Positions 56,086-64,000 of a DNA stretch of 64,000 nucleotides are shown here, one piece after another; the stretch's first letter is position 1; every line of letters begins with the position of its first letter. Position numbers and translations under genes: made by a program. Source of the DNA: Shigella phage Sf20; sequence record MF327006; one strand, given 5' to 3'. The notes under the pieces are model-generated. The model did not search any database. It saw only the letters and a program-made list of their open reading frames with translations, and was not told the origin of the DNA.

Positions 56086-57059
56086 TATACGAACTCCAAT
56101 TCAACCATTAATTGCATTAACAAAAAGACAATGTGAATCTCTTTATCAGCCGCGTGCGCAAACATCTGATTATTTTCACCGATAATCTCAGTGAGACGAA
56201 TAATAGAAGCTGGCTTAACTTGAGTATACAACTCATTATAAAGTTTCTTGACAAATTGAGCGTATGTATTGGTATAGCGTGGCGCGAGTTTACGCACATT
56301 AGCAAACTGTTTAGTTTTAAGTGCTTCCACCACATCGGTTACTTCGGTATTGCTACTTTCGATAACCATGCTCAATACGCCAGCATCAATTTTACCATGT
56401 TTAGCGTAGCGATCCAAAAGTTTCATTACGCGTCGGAAGTCTGGGAAGTTCTGCTTAACCAATTCCGCTAATACGCGCATTTCTTCTACTGGTATACCTT
56501 CTTTATCAAGAATTGCTTTACACCGGACGATCATTTCTTTCATCATGCGAAGCTGATCATCTTTAGTCGGAGATCCAAACGTGATGGGGTCAAAACGAGA
56601 TCGTAACGCTGGGATAATACCTTCTAGATCGTTTGCTGTGATAATGAATGTTACATTGTTTGAGTATGCCTCAGAGAAACTACGCAAGTGTCTTTGAGCG
56701 TCAGCCAACCCCGCTCGGTCATACTCATCGATAATAACAACTTTGCCTTTTTCTCGTTTTTCTTCATCGAGTGATACACTCTGCGCAAAGCGTGTAATCT
56801 CATCGCGGATAAAATCAATCTTACAATCTGCGCCGTTAACAAACAGATAATCAACACCCACATCTTCGCAAAGCGCCTTAGCAACGGTTGTTTTACCAGT
56901 ACCCGGCGATGGGCTATGCAGAATCATTGAAGGGATTCGGCCTTGCTTAACAATCTGCGCGAAGATCTTTTTATCTGCTTCCGGCAGAATACATTCAGAA
57001 ATTGATTTCGGACGGTATTTCTGTTCCCACTGAAACTCATTTTCATTAACACTCAGCAT
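56085..57059 (-). CDS. 44: clamp loader large subunit (AAA+)
   Basis: ATG 57057-57059 with SD GAGAGGTGA; EQKYRP, Walker A SPSPGTGKTT, IIDEYDR. Confidence 0.9.
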   Translation of the reverse strand: MLSVNENEFQWEQKYRPKSISECILPEADKKIFAQIVKQGRIPSMILHSPSPGTGKTTVAKALCEDVGVDYLFVNGADCKIDFIRDEITRFAQSVSLDEEKREKGKVVIIDEYDRAGLADAQRHLRSFSEAYSNNVTFIITANDLEGIIPALRSRFDPITFGSPTKDDQLRMMKEMIVRCKAILDKEGIPVEEMRVLAELVKQNFPDFRRVMKLLDRYAKHGKIDAGVLSMVIESSNTEVTDVVEALKTKQFANVRKLAPRYTNTYAQFVKKLYNELYTQVKPASIIRLTEIIGENNQMFAHAADKEIHIVFLLMQLMVELEFV

Positions 57060-57124
57060 ATAATCACCTCTCACAAATTACATCATTAAAACGGGGAGTA
57101 TTTACACTCCCCACAAACATTATA

Positions 57125-57811
57125 TTAGTCGGTGTAGCTGGAGTCAAGGTCACACGCGATCATATAAGATACGGTTTCACTTGCCAGCCATACAGCCTTA
57201 CGGCGAGTGAAGCTCAGTTTGTAATCGCCGAAGTCAGTAGCAACCAGTTTCATGTTATCTTTACGAATAAAGAAATGGAAGTCTGCGGTTCCGGTATATT
57301 CGCCCATATCAAGACAAAACATCTCATTAGGATTATTTTTGTCAATCTCTTCCCAACCTTTGATCATCAGACGACCATCAATCGGAAGAAATTCAAGGCG
57401 GTCCACTTTAAGCTGATTGCTCATTTTCATAAGCTGTTTCAGATCGTCGTTGCTCAGTTCGTAATCTACATCGCTTGCAGGTGGAGTAACTCGGCCTTTC
57501 GGTGATACGATAGCAGCAGCACTAGCACCAGGATAATTAATTTTCAGACGATCATTAGACACACGAATGTTTCCGGTGCGGTCATCAACCGTAATATCTG
57601 CTTCATCGCCCACCAGATTCAGAATGCCCAGGAAAGAGTTAAGATCATAGATCCCGATTTCGTGTTCCAGTTCTTGATTCAGAGTCGCTTCACCATATAC
57701 AACGTTTGTCATGTTTTTGGTGATTAGGACGTTTCCTTTTTTCAGGATGATACCTGGGTTAATAGCGGAAAAGTTTTTCAGGGTAGCAATGGTTTCTTTA
57801 GTCAGTTTCAT
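57125..57811 (-). CDS. 45: sliding clamp
   Basis: ATG 57809-57811 with SD AAAGGTGA; MKLTKETIATLKNFSAINPGI matches gp45. Confidence 0.9.
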   Translation of the reverse strand: MKLTKETIATLKNFSAINPGIILKKGNVLITKNMTNVVYGEATLNQELEHEIGIYDLNSFLGILNLVGDEADITVDDRTGNIRVSNDRLKINYPGASAAAIVSPKGRVTPPASDVDYELSNDDLKQLMKMSNQLKVDRLEFLPIDGRLMIKGWEEIDKNNPNEMFCLDMGEYTGTADFHFFIRKDNMKLVATDFGDYKLSFTRRKAVWLASETVSYMIACDLDSSYTD

Positions 57812-57841
57812 CAAATCACCTTTATCATGTTAATCAATTAA

Positions 57842-58219
57842 TTACGGGTTTACTTCGTGCTCATTTTGAATCTTTAGCATTCTTTCGATAAATTTTTTCT
57901 CGGCTTCCTTATCGGATGAGTGAGTATACTTCAATCCAATGTAAGCTGTCAAGTATTGTTGCAGAGCATAGACAGTAACAGGATTCTTTGCGGTCTTTTT
58001 GCCGTCGAGATATACCAGATCACCACGAACATCAAACGCAAGTTTACGACGAATCACATCATCAACAAATTTATCTAGGACAAAATACCACTCAATACAC
58101 TCTATCCCGTGACGGTAGTTCATTACATCATTATCTTTGATATAGTCAAACGGAATATGACATAATTTACTATTTTGTAGGATGAATAGCATTTGTTCTT
58201 TTAAGCTCATACGTTTCAT
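57842..58219 (-). CDS. hypothetical protein
   Basis: ORF track ORF; start uncertain (58219 or 58210). Confidence 0.4.
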   Translation of the reverse strand: MKRMSLKEQMLFILQNSKLCHIPFDYIKDNDVMNYRHGIECIEWYFVLDKFVDDVIRRKLAFDVRGDLVYLDGKKTAKNPVTVYALQQYLTAYIGLKYTHSSDKEAEKKFIERMLKIQNEHEVNP

Positions 58220-58223
58220 TCTA

Positions 58224-58601
58224 TCACTTCCCATCAGCAATTGCGATCAGACGAGTTACTACTACGCTAGCGGCTTCAATCAGCAGTTCATCAGTGTCAA
58301 TCTGATAACCCTTTTCGAGAATATCTTTACCACGAATGGTTTTAGCTCCTTTAGCAATTGAATCCTCGTAATACTTGCGCATTGCCGCGATCCATTCTTT
58401 TTGCACCATATCATCAATATGCGCGTATAGTTCAAAGCGTGCTTGCTGCGGGATAACCTTCATTTTAGCTTTCTCGCTTTCCGGCATTTGTAGTACCCAC
58501 GCTTTACGGATCTTGTTCATTGCTCGGTCAAATTCGAGGCTGGTTTTCTTGTTCTGAATGTCTGCTACAGTAATTTTAGCCAGGTTTGCGGAAGTAGTCA
58601 T
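58224..58601 (-). CDS. hypothetical protein (rpbA/45.2 neighbourhood)
   Basis: ORF trimmed to ATG 58599-58601 with SD GGAGA; identity by position only. Confidence 0.4.
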   Translation of the reverse strand: MTTSANLAKITVADIQNKKTSLEFDRAMNKIRKAWVLQMPESEKAKMKVIPQQARFELYAHIDDMVQKEWIAAMRKYYEDSIAKGAKTIRGKDILEKGYQIDTDELLIEAASVVVTRLIAIADGK

Positions 58602-58632
58602 AATATTAATCTCCAAAAATAAAATCAGTATA

Positions 58633-58863
58633 TCACGTTCTAAAGTTTGTTGCAACCCCAGCATCAGGGTAATCAAGTTTATCTAAGTTGGGGACCAGCA
58701 TAAACTCATGATGACGACAAGACAACATTTTTGTTATGTCTTCATCGCTGTATATGCTGTTTTTCATATCCCCCATACTAACTACATATTCTTCACCGGA
58801 ATATAGATTGATTAAGGTATACAATTCTAATTCCGGCTGCGTTACTCTGTCAAATGTTAACAT
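58633..58863 (-). CDS. hypothetical protein
   Basis: ORF track 76 aa. Confidence 0.4.
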   Translation of the reverse strand: MLTFDRVTQPELELYTLINLYSGEEYVVSMGDMKNSIYSDEDITKMLSCRHHEFMLVPNLDKLDYPDAGVATNFRT

Positions 58864-60532
58864 TCATTTCAGTGAATCGCCCACGTTTAACCATCTTGAG
58901 ATGACGGCTAAAATCATCAGGGTTATGGTCACGATGGCTGATAATATACACGTTATCATCTAACTTGTCAATGATGGAATCAAGTGCTTTTACGCCTTGA
59001 ACGTCCGTAGCCCCATCATAAATTTCGTCGAGTACCAACAAAGAAATATTAGTACCAGATACTTTACCAGCAACATCACGCCATGTAAAGAGCATCGCAA
59101 GGTCAATACGTGCTTTTTCGCCTTGACTGAATGATGTATACGAAAACGATTCACGCCCCCGTGATTTGATTGTTTCGTTAAACTCTTCATCTAGCGTAAA
59201 GATATAATCCGCTTCCATAATATCAAGATAATACGCAATCCGATCATTGAAATATGGAATATATTTCTTGACGATAGACGCCTTAACACCGGAATCCTTC
59301 AACATTTCTGTTACAAATCCACGGTGATATTTTTCAAGAACTAGCTTTGATTTTTCATTAGTAATCTCTACCAGTTCGTGTTCCAGTTTAGCAAGTTCTT
59401 CGGAATTGTCAACCCTTTCTTTTTGTAATTCCTGAATTGCTTTCTGGATCTGTTTAGCCCGACCTACAGATGCCGTTAAATTCGCTCTCTGTGACTCTAT
59501 AGCGCGTTTAATTTCCAAGACCTTAGTTTGTGCTGTCTGGAAAGAATTGGCCTTCTCCGCGTATTCTACGCGTTTCTCGTCAATCAGAGACAGTTTATGT
59601 TCTGCTTGTGCTTTTTGTTCGCGTACAGCTTGATCATTACCTTGAATGATCGGTTGTGTGCACGTAGGACAGACCCCGCCTTTCTCATGCATATGAATAA
59701 CACGGTCAAAGTTCTGGATCTGCGCACCAATCTGTGCGATAGCCGTATTAATTTTAGCCAATGCCGCGCTAGGATCTTCCGGCATAACAACAGCCAATAG
59801 CTCATCGGTCAAGCGCGTTTCTTCGGCTTTAAATGCTTTAGCCGATTCTACCTCTTTATCATACATATTCTGTAAACGCTGGATATTCTCGGCACTCGCC
59901 TTGCTAGCGTCTTCTATGTACTTTTTATGAGTGTTGATTTGTTGCTGAACGTGATTAGCTTTCATTTCCTGCATTTGGATATTCTGGGTAATCTCGCGCA
60001 CATACGCTTTATTCAGTTTATCCATTTCGCCTAGCGTAGCAATATCAAGCAAATCCTCTACCAGTTTACGGCGACCCGCTGCCGGAAGACTCATAAACGG
60101 AACATAACCAGCAGTGCCTAAAACAACGATCTGTTTGAAGCTGGCTAGGTTCATGCCTATGATACCTTCAAAATATTCCTGAAAGTCTTTGGTGCTTGCG
60201 CTCTCGTCGATCTTTTGACCGTCGCGATGCACTTCGAATACTTCCGGCTTTTGACCACGTTTGATATAAAACTCTTTCCCGTCCAGTTCAAACCAGACTT
60301 CGACTAACAGTTTCTTTTTGTTGACGCTGTTAATCAATTGGCCTTTCTTGATACTACGAAACGGTTTACCGAACAACACAAAGCAAAGCGCCTCGATCAT
60401 TGTTGATTTACCAGCACCGTTAACACCAGTGATTAGTGTCTTTTTGAATCCGTCTAGCTGAATCTCAACAGGTTCAGCACCCACGCTCATTATATTTTGA
60501 TAGCGCAAGGTTTTAAAATTTAACTTTGCCAT
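58850..60532 (-). CDS. 46: recombination nuclease ATPase subunit (Rad50/SbcC-like)
   Basis: ATG 60530-60532; Walker A GVNGAGKST; CPTC zinc hook; LVLDEIYDG; matches gp46. Confidence 0.9.
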   Translation of the reverse strand: MAKLNFKTLRYQNIMSVGAEPVEIQLDGFKKTLITGVNGAGKSTMIEALCFVLFGKPFRSIKKGQLINSVNKKKLLVEVWFELDGKEFYIKRGQKPEVFEVHRDGQKIDESASTKDFQEYFEGIIGMNLASFKQIVVLGTAGYVPFMSLPAAGRRKLVEDLLDIATLGEMDKLNKAYVREITQNIQMQEMKANHVQQQINTHKKYIEDASKASAENIQRLQNMYDKEVESAKAFKAEETRLTDELLAVVMPEDPSAALAKINTAIAQIGAQIQNFDRVIHMHEKGGVCPTCTQPIIQGNDQAVREQKAQAEHKLSLIDEKRVEYAEKANSFQTAQTKVLEIKRAIESQRANLTASVGRAKQIQKAIQELQKERVDNSEELAKLEHELVEITNEKSKLVLEKYHRGFVTEMLKDSGVKASIVKKYIPYFNDRIAYYLDIMEADYIFTLDEEFNETIKSRGRESFSYTSFSQGEKARIDLAMLFTWRDVAGKVSGTNISLLVLDEIYDGATDVQGVKALDSIIDKLDDNVYIISHRDHNPDDFSRHLKMVKRGRFTEMNVNI

Positions 60533-60776
60533 TAATCCACTCCGCAATCACACATTCCATAATATTAAATGCTAACACATCTTCATCAATGTTGTAAACA
60601 CTTGCCGCCTTCACTTTAACTAGTGTGTCTCTGCGATCTGGCAGCATGATCACATAATCCAGTGTCGCAGGATCATATGTCATAAAGGGATCAACATAAA
60701 TCCCTTTATTCAATGCCAGATATTCGCGAAGACCTTCTATAACCCTGTGTCTAAGGTAGGTCATCGATAGAATCAT
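60513..60776 (-). CDS. hypothetical protein
   Basis: ORF track 87 aa. Confidence 0.4.
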   Translation of the reverse strand: MILSMTYLRHRVIEGLREYLALNKGIYVDPFMTYDPATLDYVIMLPDRRDTLVKVKAASVYNIDEDVLAFNIMECVIAEWINGKVKF

Positions 60777-61369
60777 TTTAGTTTATGTTCCTCTAAAAAT
60801 TCTTCAATTTCACCTTGCAGGTCTTCCGCTTGTTGTTCCAGAATATCGCGAAATTCACCTACAGTCAAGCGGTAATCACACTTCACCAGTCGATGTGGGA
60901 GAATATACCCTTTATACATCGTCTCTGACGCTTCCAGGAATACCCCACTATGCATGACAGAGATCCAACCTGTTAGCGTCAATGGAGTATTCGGAAAATA
61001 ATATTTGCTGGATTGTTTCCACTGGACGAAAGCACCATATACAATCGGATTATATTCACCAACCACACTCTTAATAATGGATTCTACTTTGTCTTTTACA
61101 AAGTCGCCAATGTCCATAGTTACCATCAAATCCTGTGGATGAATCACTTTAAGGTAACGACGATAACCGTCATCATACCACATCTTAACCACTGGCTGAC
61201 CCCACATTTTAGCAATACGCGCTTTCAGATAGCCATAGATCGGATTCTTGCAATGTGATTGTTTTAGTGTGTATGTGTGCACCAATTTAATAAAATGTTC
61301 CATTACCAACAAATCAGAATCAGCCGCGACCATAGTCGTATTCATAATATGTTCCTCGTTCAATCTCAT
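60773..61369 (-). CDS. hypothetical protein
   Basis: ORF track 198 aa. Confidence 0.5.
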   Translation of the reverse strand: MRLNEEHIMNTTMVAADSDLLVMEHFIKLVHTYTLKQSHCKNPIYGYLKARIAKMWGQPVVKMWYDDGYRRYLKVIHPQDLMVTMDIGDFVKDKVESIIKSVVGEYNPIVYGAFVQWKQSSKYYFPNTPLTLTGWISVMHSGVFLEASETMYKGYILPHRLVKCDYRLTVGEFRDILEQQAEDLQGEIEEFLEEHKLK

Positions 61370-61637
61370 ATTGTTTCAGGTCTTCTAAAAGTTCATCCAC
61401 TGCTTGTTTCAGCACATGACGCAGCGTAAAGTAATAGCTTTCATCAAATTCTATTTCCGCGCGAGGAATAGAGCGAAACTTACACTTAACGGTAGTATCG
61501 GTGAGTCGCTTTTCGACCATCATCCGAACTTCTTCATGCTCTTTGGAATACCATACATCAACGGAGATCCCCTTGCGTCGAGCAAACATAGGCAACGCTG
61601 CATTAAATTCCATTACTTTTTGTGCAAGTGTTTTCAT
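61320..61637 (-). CDS. hypothetical protein
   Basis: ORF track 105 aa. Confidence 0.4.
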   Translation of the reverse strand: MKTLAQKVMEFNAALPMFARRKGISVDVWYSKEHEEVRMMVEKRLTDTTVKCKFRSIPRAEIEFDESYYFTLRHVLKQAVDELLEDLKQYEIERGTYYEYDYGRG

Positions 61638-61897
61638 CGTACAGACCCCATAGATCCACGCGCAATAACATTCTGGGTAATATCAGCAACCTTACGGGAT
61701 ATGATGTTTGTTAGCCCCTCTTTGGTGATATTTTCACGATCAAATGGGATTTCGTCATGAGTCCATAAACCATAGTTAGACCGAAATGATAGCATATACT
61801 GACCATCTCGCACAACCTCAAATACATGGATCTTAGTGAATTTCGACAAACCTTCGTTGATTTCTTTCAGTGCATTAGTAATCATAACAACCTCCAA
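61634..61897 (-). CDS. hypothetical protein
   Basis: ORF track 87 aa; SD GGAGG. Confidence 0.45.
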   Translation of the reverse strand: MEVVMITNALKEINEGLSKFTKIHVFEVVRDGQYMLSFRSNYGLWTHDEIPFDRENITKEGLTNIISRKVADITQNVIARGSMGSVR

Positions 61898-61911
61898 TCA
61901 ATTTTTTAGAG

Positions 61912-61940
61912 AGTATAACGGGGATTTCTCCCCGCGTCAA
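61912..61940 (-). promoter_or_regulatory. sigma70-type early promoter with spacer stem-loop
   Basis: Minus sense TTGACG-N17-TATACT; same GCGGGGA-GAAA-TCCCCG hairpin as at 6597-6614. Confidence 0.5.
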
Positions 61941-62966
61941 CTAACTTTTTGCGTTATTTACTTCGGCTAAAAGTTCATCAGAAATACGCTTGACCGCCGC
62001 AAGTTCTTCCGGTTCTAGGTTTTGTTCTTCCAGATATTCATAGACCATCTGAATAGTGCTTTTAACTTCAATAACACTTGTTTCCTGTGATGCGCTACTC
62101 TCCAGTTTATGGACCACTTTTAGCTTGTGTACAACGGCCTCTAACGCGCTTTCTAACTTAGTTAATCCATTATCAGCGACCGTTGCGATAAGACGCACAC
62201 TAAGCCCCTTAAAGCGTTCTACATCGATTTTATCATCTGACGGGTAAGTGATACGCACATGATAAGTTTTGTCATTCTGGATAAACTCTTTTTTGTGTGT
62301 ATCGGTATCGAATACCCAAAAACCACGCGGATCGTTTTCGTCACCAGCCGTTAGTGTGTATGGTGTACCAATATACGTTACGTTACCGCCATCGCTGATA
62401 GTATGAAAATGACCAGAAAACACTTCACGGTATTTCTTGAGGAAGTCCGCGCTATAACCTTCGGATTTTAGCCCTTTATAGAAATAGTAACCGGACAATT
62501 CCCAATGGCCTACACAATATTCGCTGAATGAGTTTTGAATAAACTCTAAAATCTCTGATTTATTGTCATCACAAAACCACGGGAACAGATCAAATGATAC
62601 ACCATCAAAGGTAACTGTTTCCGGTTTATCGATAACCTTAATGCAATCATACTGGCTTAACACTTCACGCGGTGCGTTAGGCTGGATCTTGTTTCGTTTA
62701 AACATATCATGATTCCCGACCGTGGTATAACAAGTAATATCAGCCTCTTCCAGTAACGGGATGACCTTAGTACGGTTAAATTTCATGGTTTCATGGGTAA
62801 TTGCTTTTCGGCAATCAAACCAATCCCCTGTTTGAATCCATGTCTTAATATTATGCTCTTTGGAGTATTCAACCGCTTTCTTGATGGTATCAAGAATATA
62901 CTCATGCACCCACGGATCATCGCCACCGATACCAGTATGCAGATCACCTAAAAGCAAAATTTTCAT
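61941..62966 (-). CDS. 47: recombination nuclease subunit (Mre11/SbcD-like)
   Basis: 341 aa; LLGDLH, GDWFD, GNHD, GHFH phosphoesterase motifs. Confidence 0.9.
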   Translation of the reverse strand: MKILLLGDLHTGIGGDDPWVHEYILDTIKKAVEYSKEHNIKTWIQTGDWFDCRKAITHETMKFNRTKVIPLLEEADITCYTTVGNHDMFKRNKIQPNAPREVLSQYDCIKVIDKPETVTFDGVSFDLFPWFCDDNKSEILEFIQNSFSEYCVGHWELSGYYFYKGLKSEGYSADFLKKYREVFSGHFHTISDGGNVTYIGTPYTLTAGDENDPRGFWVFDTDTHKKEFIQNDKTYHVRITYPSDDKIDVERFKGLSVRLIATVADNGLTKLESALEAVVHKLKVVHKLESSASQETSVIEVKSTIQMVYEYLEEQNLEPEELAAVKRISDELLAEVNNAKS

Positions 62967-63010
62967 AGTCTCTTCCTCTCTTCGTTTTCGATGCTCTCAC
63001 TATATCACAG

Positions 63011-63034
63011 AAAAATAAAAAGGGAAACCCCTTT
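63011..63034 (-). terminator. candidate intrinsic terminator
   Basis: Minus-sense hairpin AAAGGG-GUUU-CCCUUU followed by UUAUUUUU. Confidence 0.4.
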
Positions 63035-63056
63035 CAGAGTCTCCCTTATAAAGCCA

Positions 63057-63344
63057 TTACAGCATACTTAATACCGTTTGCCGTGTACTAACCCACATAG
63101 CAGAAAGCAGTTCTGGCGTGTGTGGCTGTTTGTAGATATCACGTAATTTTCCGATCGCGTAGATATACGCATCACGATTATCATCGATGATAGCTTGTTC
63201 AGCCCACCGCTTAAGGCGTGCAATCTCTCGCGAGTTCTTACGCAAGATCTTTTCCGCTTTCTTAGCGGCTTTAGCCTCTAGTTCTGCTTGTACTTTGTCT
63301 ACTTCATTCACTGCAATCTGGTCATGCTGTTCATCGTAAGTCAT
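63057..63344 (-). CDS. hypothetical protein
   Basis: ORF track 95 aa. Confidence 0.45.
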   Translation of the reverse strand: MTYDEQHDQIAVNEVDKVQAELEAKAAKKAEKILRKNSREIARLKRWAEQAIIDDNRDAYIYAIGKLRDIYKQPHTPELLSAMWVSTRQTVLSML

Positions 63345-63345
63345 G

Positions 63346-63579
63346 TTATTTTACCTCTGGGATATAATCAATTATTAAAGAAAATTCATCTTCTGATACA
63401 TTATAGCTATGTGAGATTGTACCCGTAAAGACCTCAAGATCCGGTGATTTGATATTGCACGGATCGATAATCACCGGAACGCCGCAATCTCTCAAAAATA
63501 ATTTGGCGAAATACGGCACGAGGTCAGTTTCAAACTCTGCTTCTTCCAGCAAACGGGAAATGTTAATTTTCAATCTCAT
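63346..63579 (-). CDS. hypothetical protein
   Basis: ORF track 77 aa. Confidence 0.45.
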   Translation of the reverse strand: MRLKINISRLLEEAEFETDLVPYFAKLFLRDCGVPVIIDPCNIKSPDLEVFTGTISHSYNVSEDEFSLIIDYIPEVK

Positions 63580-64000
63580 AAAATTGGTCCAGGCTAGGCA
63601 ATTCCTCGGTCAATACATCTTCAACCTTTGGCGCTTTCGGTTTATTGACCGATTCCTCGTAGTTGTTGATTTTATCGTAAATGTCCTGTATGAATGCCTC
63701 ATCAGCAATCTGGCACATATCAGCGTCGCGTTCGTCATATACATGATGCACAAAATATTTGTATTTTGCGGCTGTCGCTGTTCTCTCTTTTTTAATGCGC
63801 TGTACAAAAGCATTAAAGCACGCTTGCGTGATGTAAGCATGAGGATTTTTATACTTTGTCTCGTCAAAATTAATCAAACCCTTGACCGCCGCTTCGATTC
63901 CGTCGTCGATCATTTCTTCGCGCCATGTTTGACTATAACCAGAAAAGTTAAAACGACGTGATAGATTTTTAGAGATTTGCATAATTGCAAGGCCGATTTG
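63563..64000 (-). CDS. 55: late-promoter sigma factor, C-terminal ~145 aa (N-terminus beyond window end)
   Basis: [25 protein letters not shown]...[30 protein letters not shown] matches T4 gp55; frame stays open to 64000. Confidence 0.85.
   Translation of the reverse strand, partial: QIGLAIMQISKNLSRRFNFSGYSQTWREEMIDDGIEAAVKGLINFDETKYKNPHAYITQACFNAFVQRIKKERTATAAKYKYFVHHVYDERDADMCQIADEAFIQDIYDKINNYEESVNKPKAPKVEDVLTEELPSLDQFYEIEN

Noticed and set aside
57086-57105. Hairpin GGGGAGU-AUUUAC-ACUCCCC between genes 45 and 44 as a terminator
   Set aside because: The downstream tract on the minus strand is only weakly U-rich, and genes 45 and 44 are expected to be co-transcribed; it may be a regulatory structure instead.
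1-64000. CRISPR arrays, tRNA or rRNA genes
   Set aside because: No regularly spaced short direct repeats and no cloverleaf-like or rRNA-like segments were seen; the short repeats present are promoter and terminator elements.

Overview
This window is a near-contiguous block of a T4-like (Tevenvirinae) myovirus genome; coordinates I derived by hand may be off by 1-2 nt. Most genes are on the minus strand in the T4 early/middle order: pseT(pnk, partial) - spanin-like pair - rnlA(63) - denA - small genes - nrdB - nrdA - td - frd - 32 - 59 - 33 - dsbA - rnh, then after the tail-fiber block 52 - rIIB - rIIA - 39 - dexA - dda - mod-like ART - 56 - 61 - 41 - uvsX - 43 - regA - 62 - 44 - 45 - 46 - 47 - 55(partial). 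The plus strand carries the late long-tail-fiber block 34-35-36-37 and holin t (16.4-27.4 kb). Intergenic regions hold many near-consensus sigma70 promoters (TTGACA-N16/17-TATAAT), often with a GC stem-loop, resembling the PeSL cassettes of RB49-like phages, plus several intrinsic terminators. Most notable: (1) gene 34 is broken by a perfect 332-bp tandem duplication that shifts the frame; (2) a CYTH (triphosphate-tunnel) domain protein lies between dsbA and rnh; (3) the t-to-52 accessory region contains a DUF2829/Tad2-like small protein and a secreted DUF1311/LprI-like protein; (4) td has a ~130-aa insertion and no intron; (5) gene 42, beta-gt, imm, alpha-gt and alc are absent from their T4 positions, suggesting unmodified cytosine; (6) a frame-broken duplicate of the rIIB N-terminal HTH sits between rIIA and rIIB. 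No tRNA, rRNA or CRISPR array was found. All homology calls are from reading the translations against remembered T4 proteins and motifs; no database search was run.
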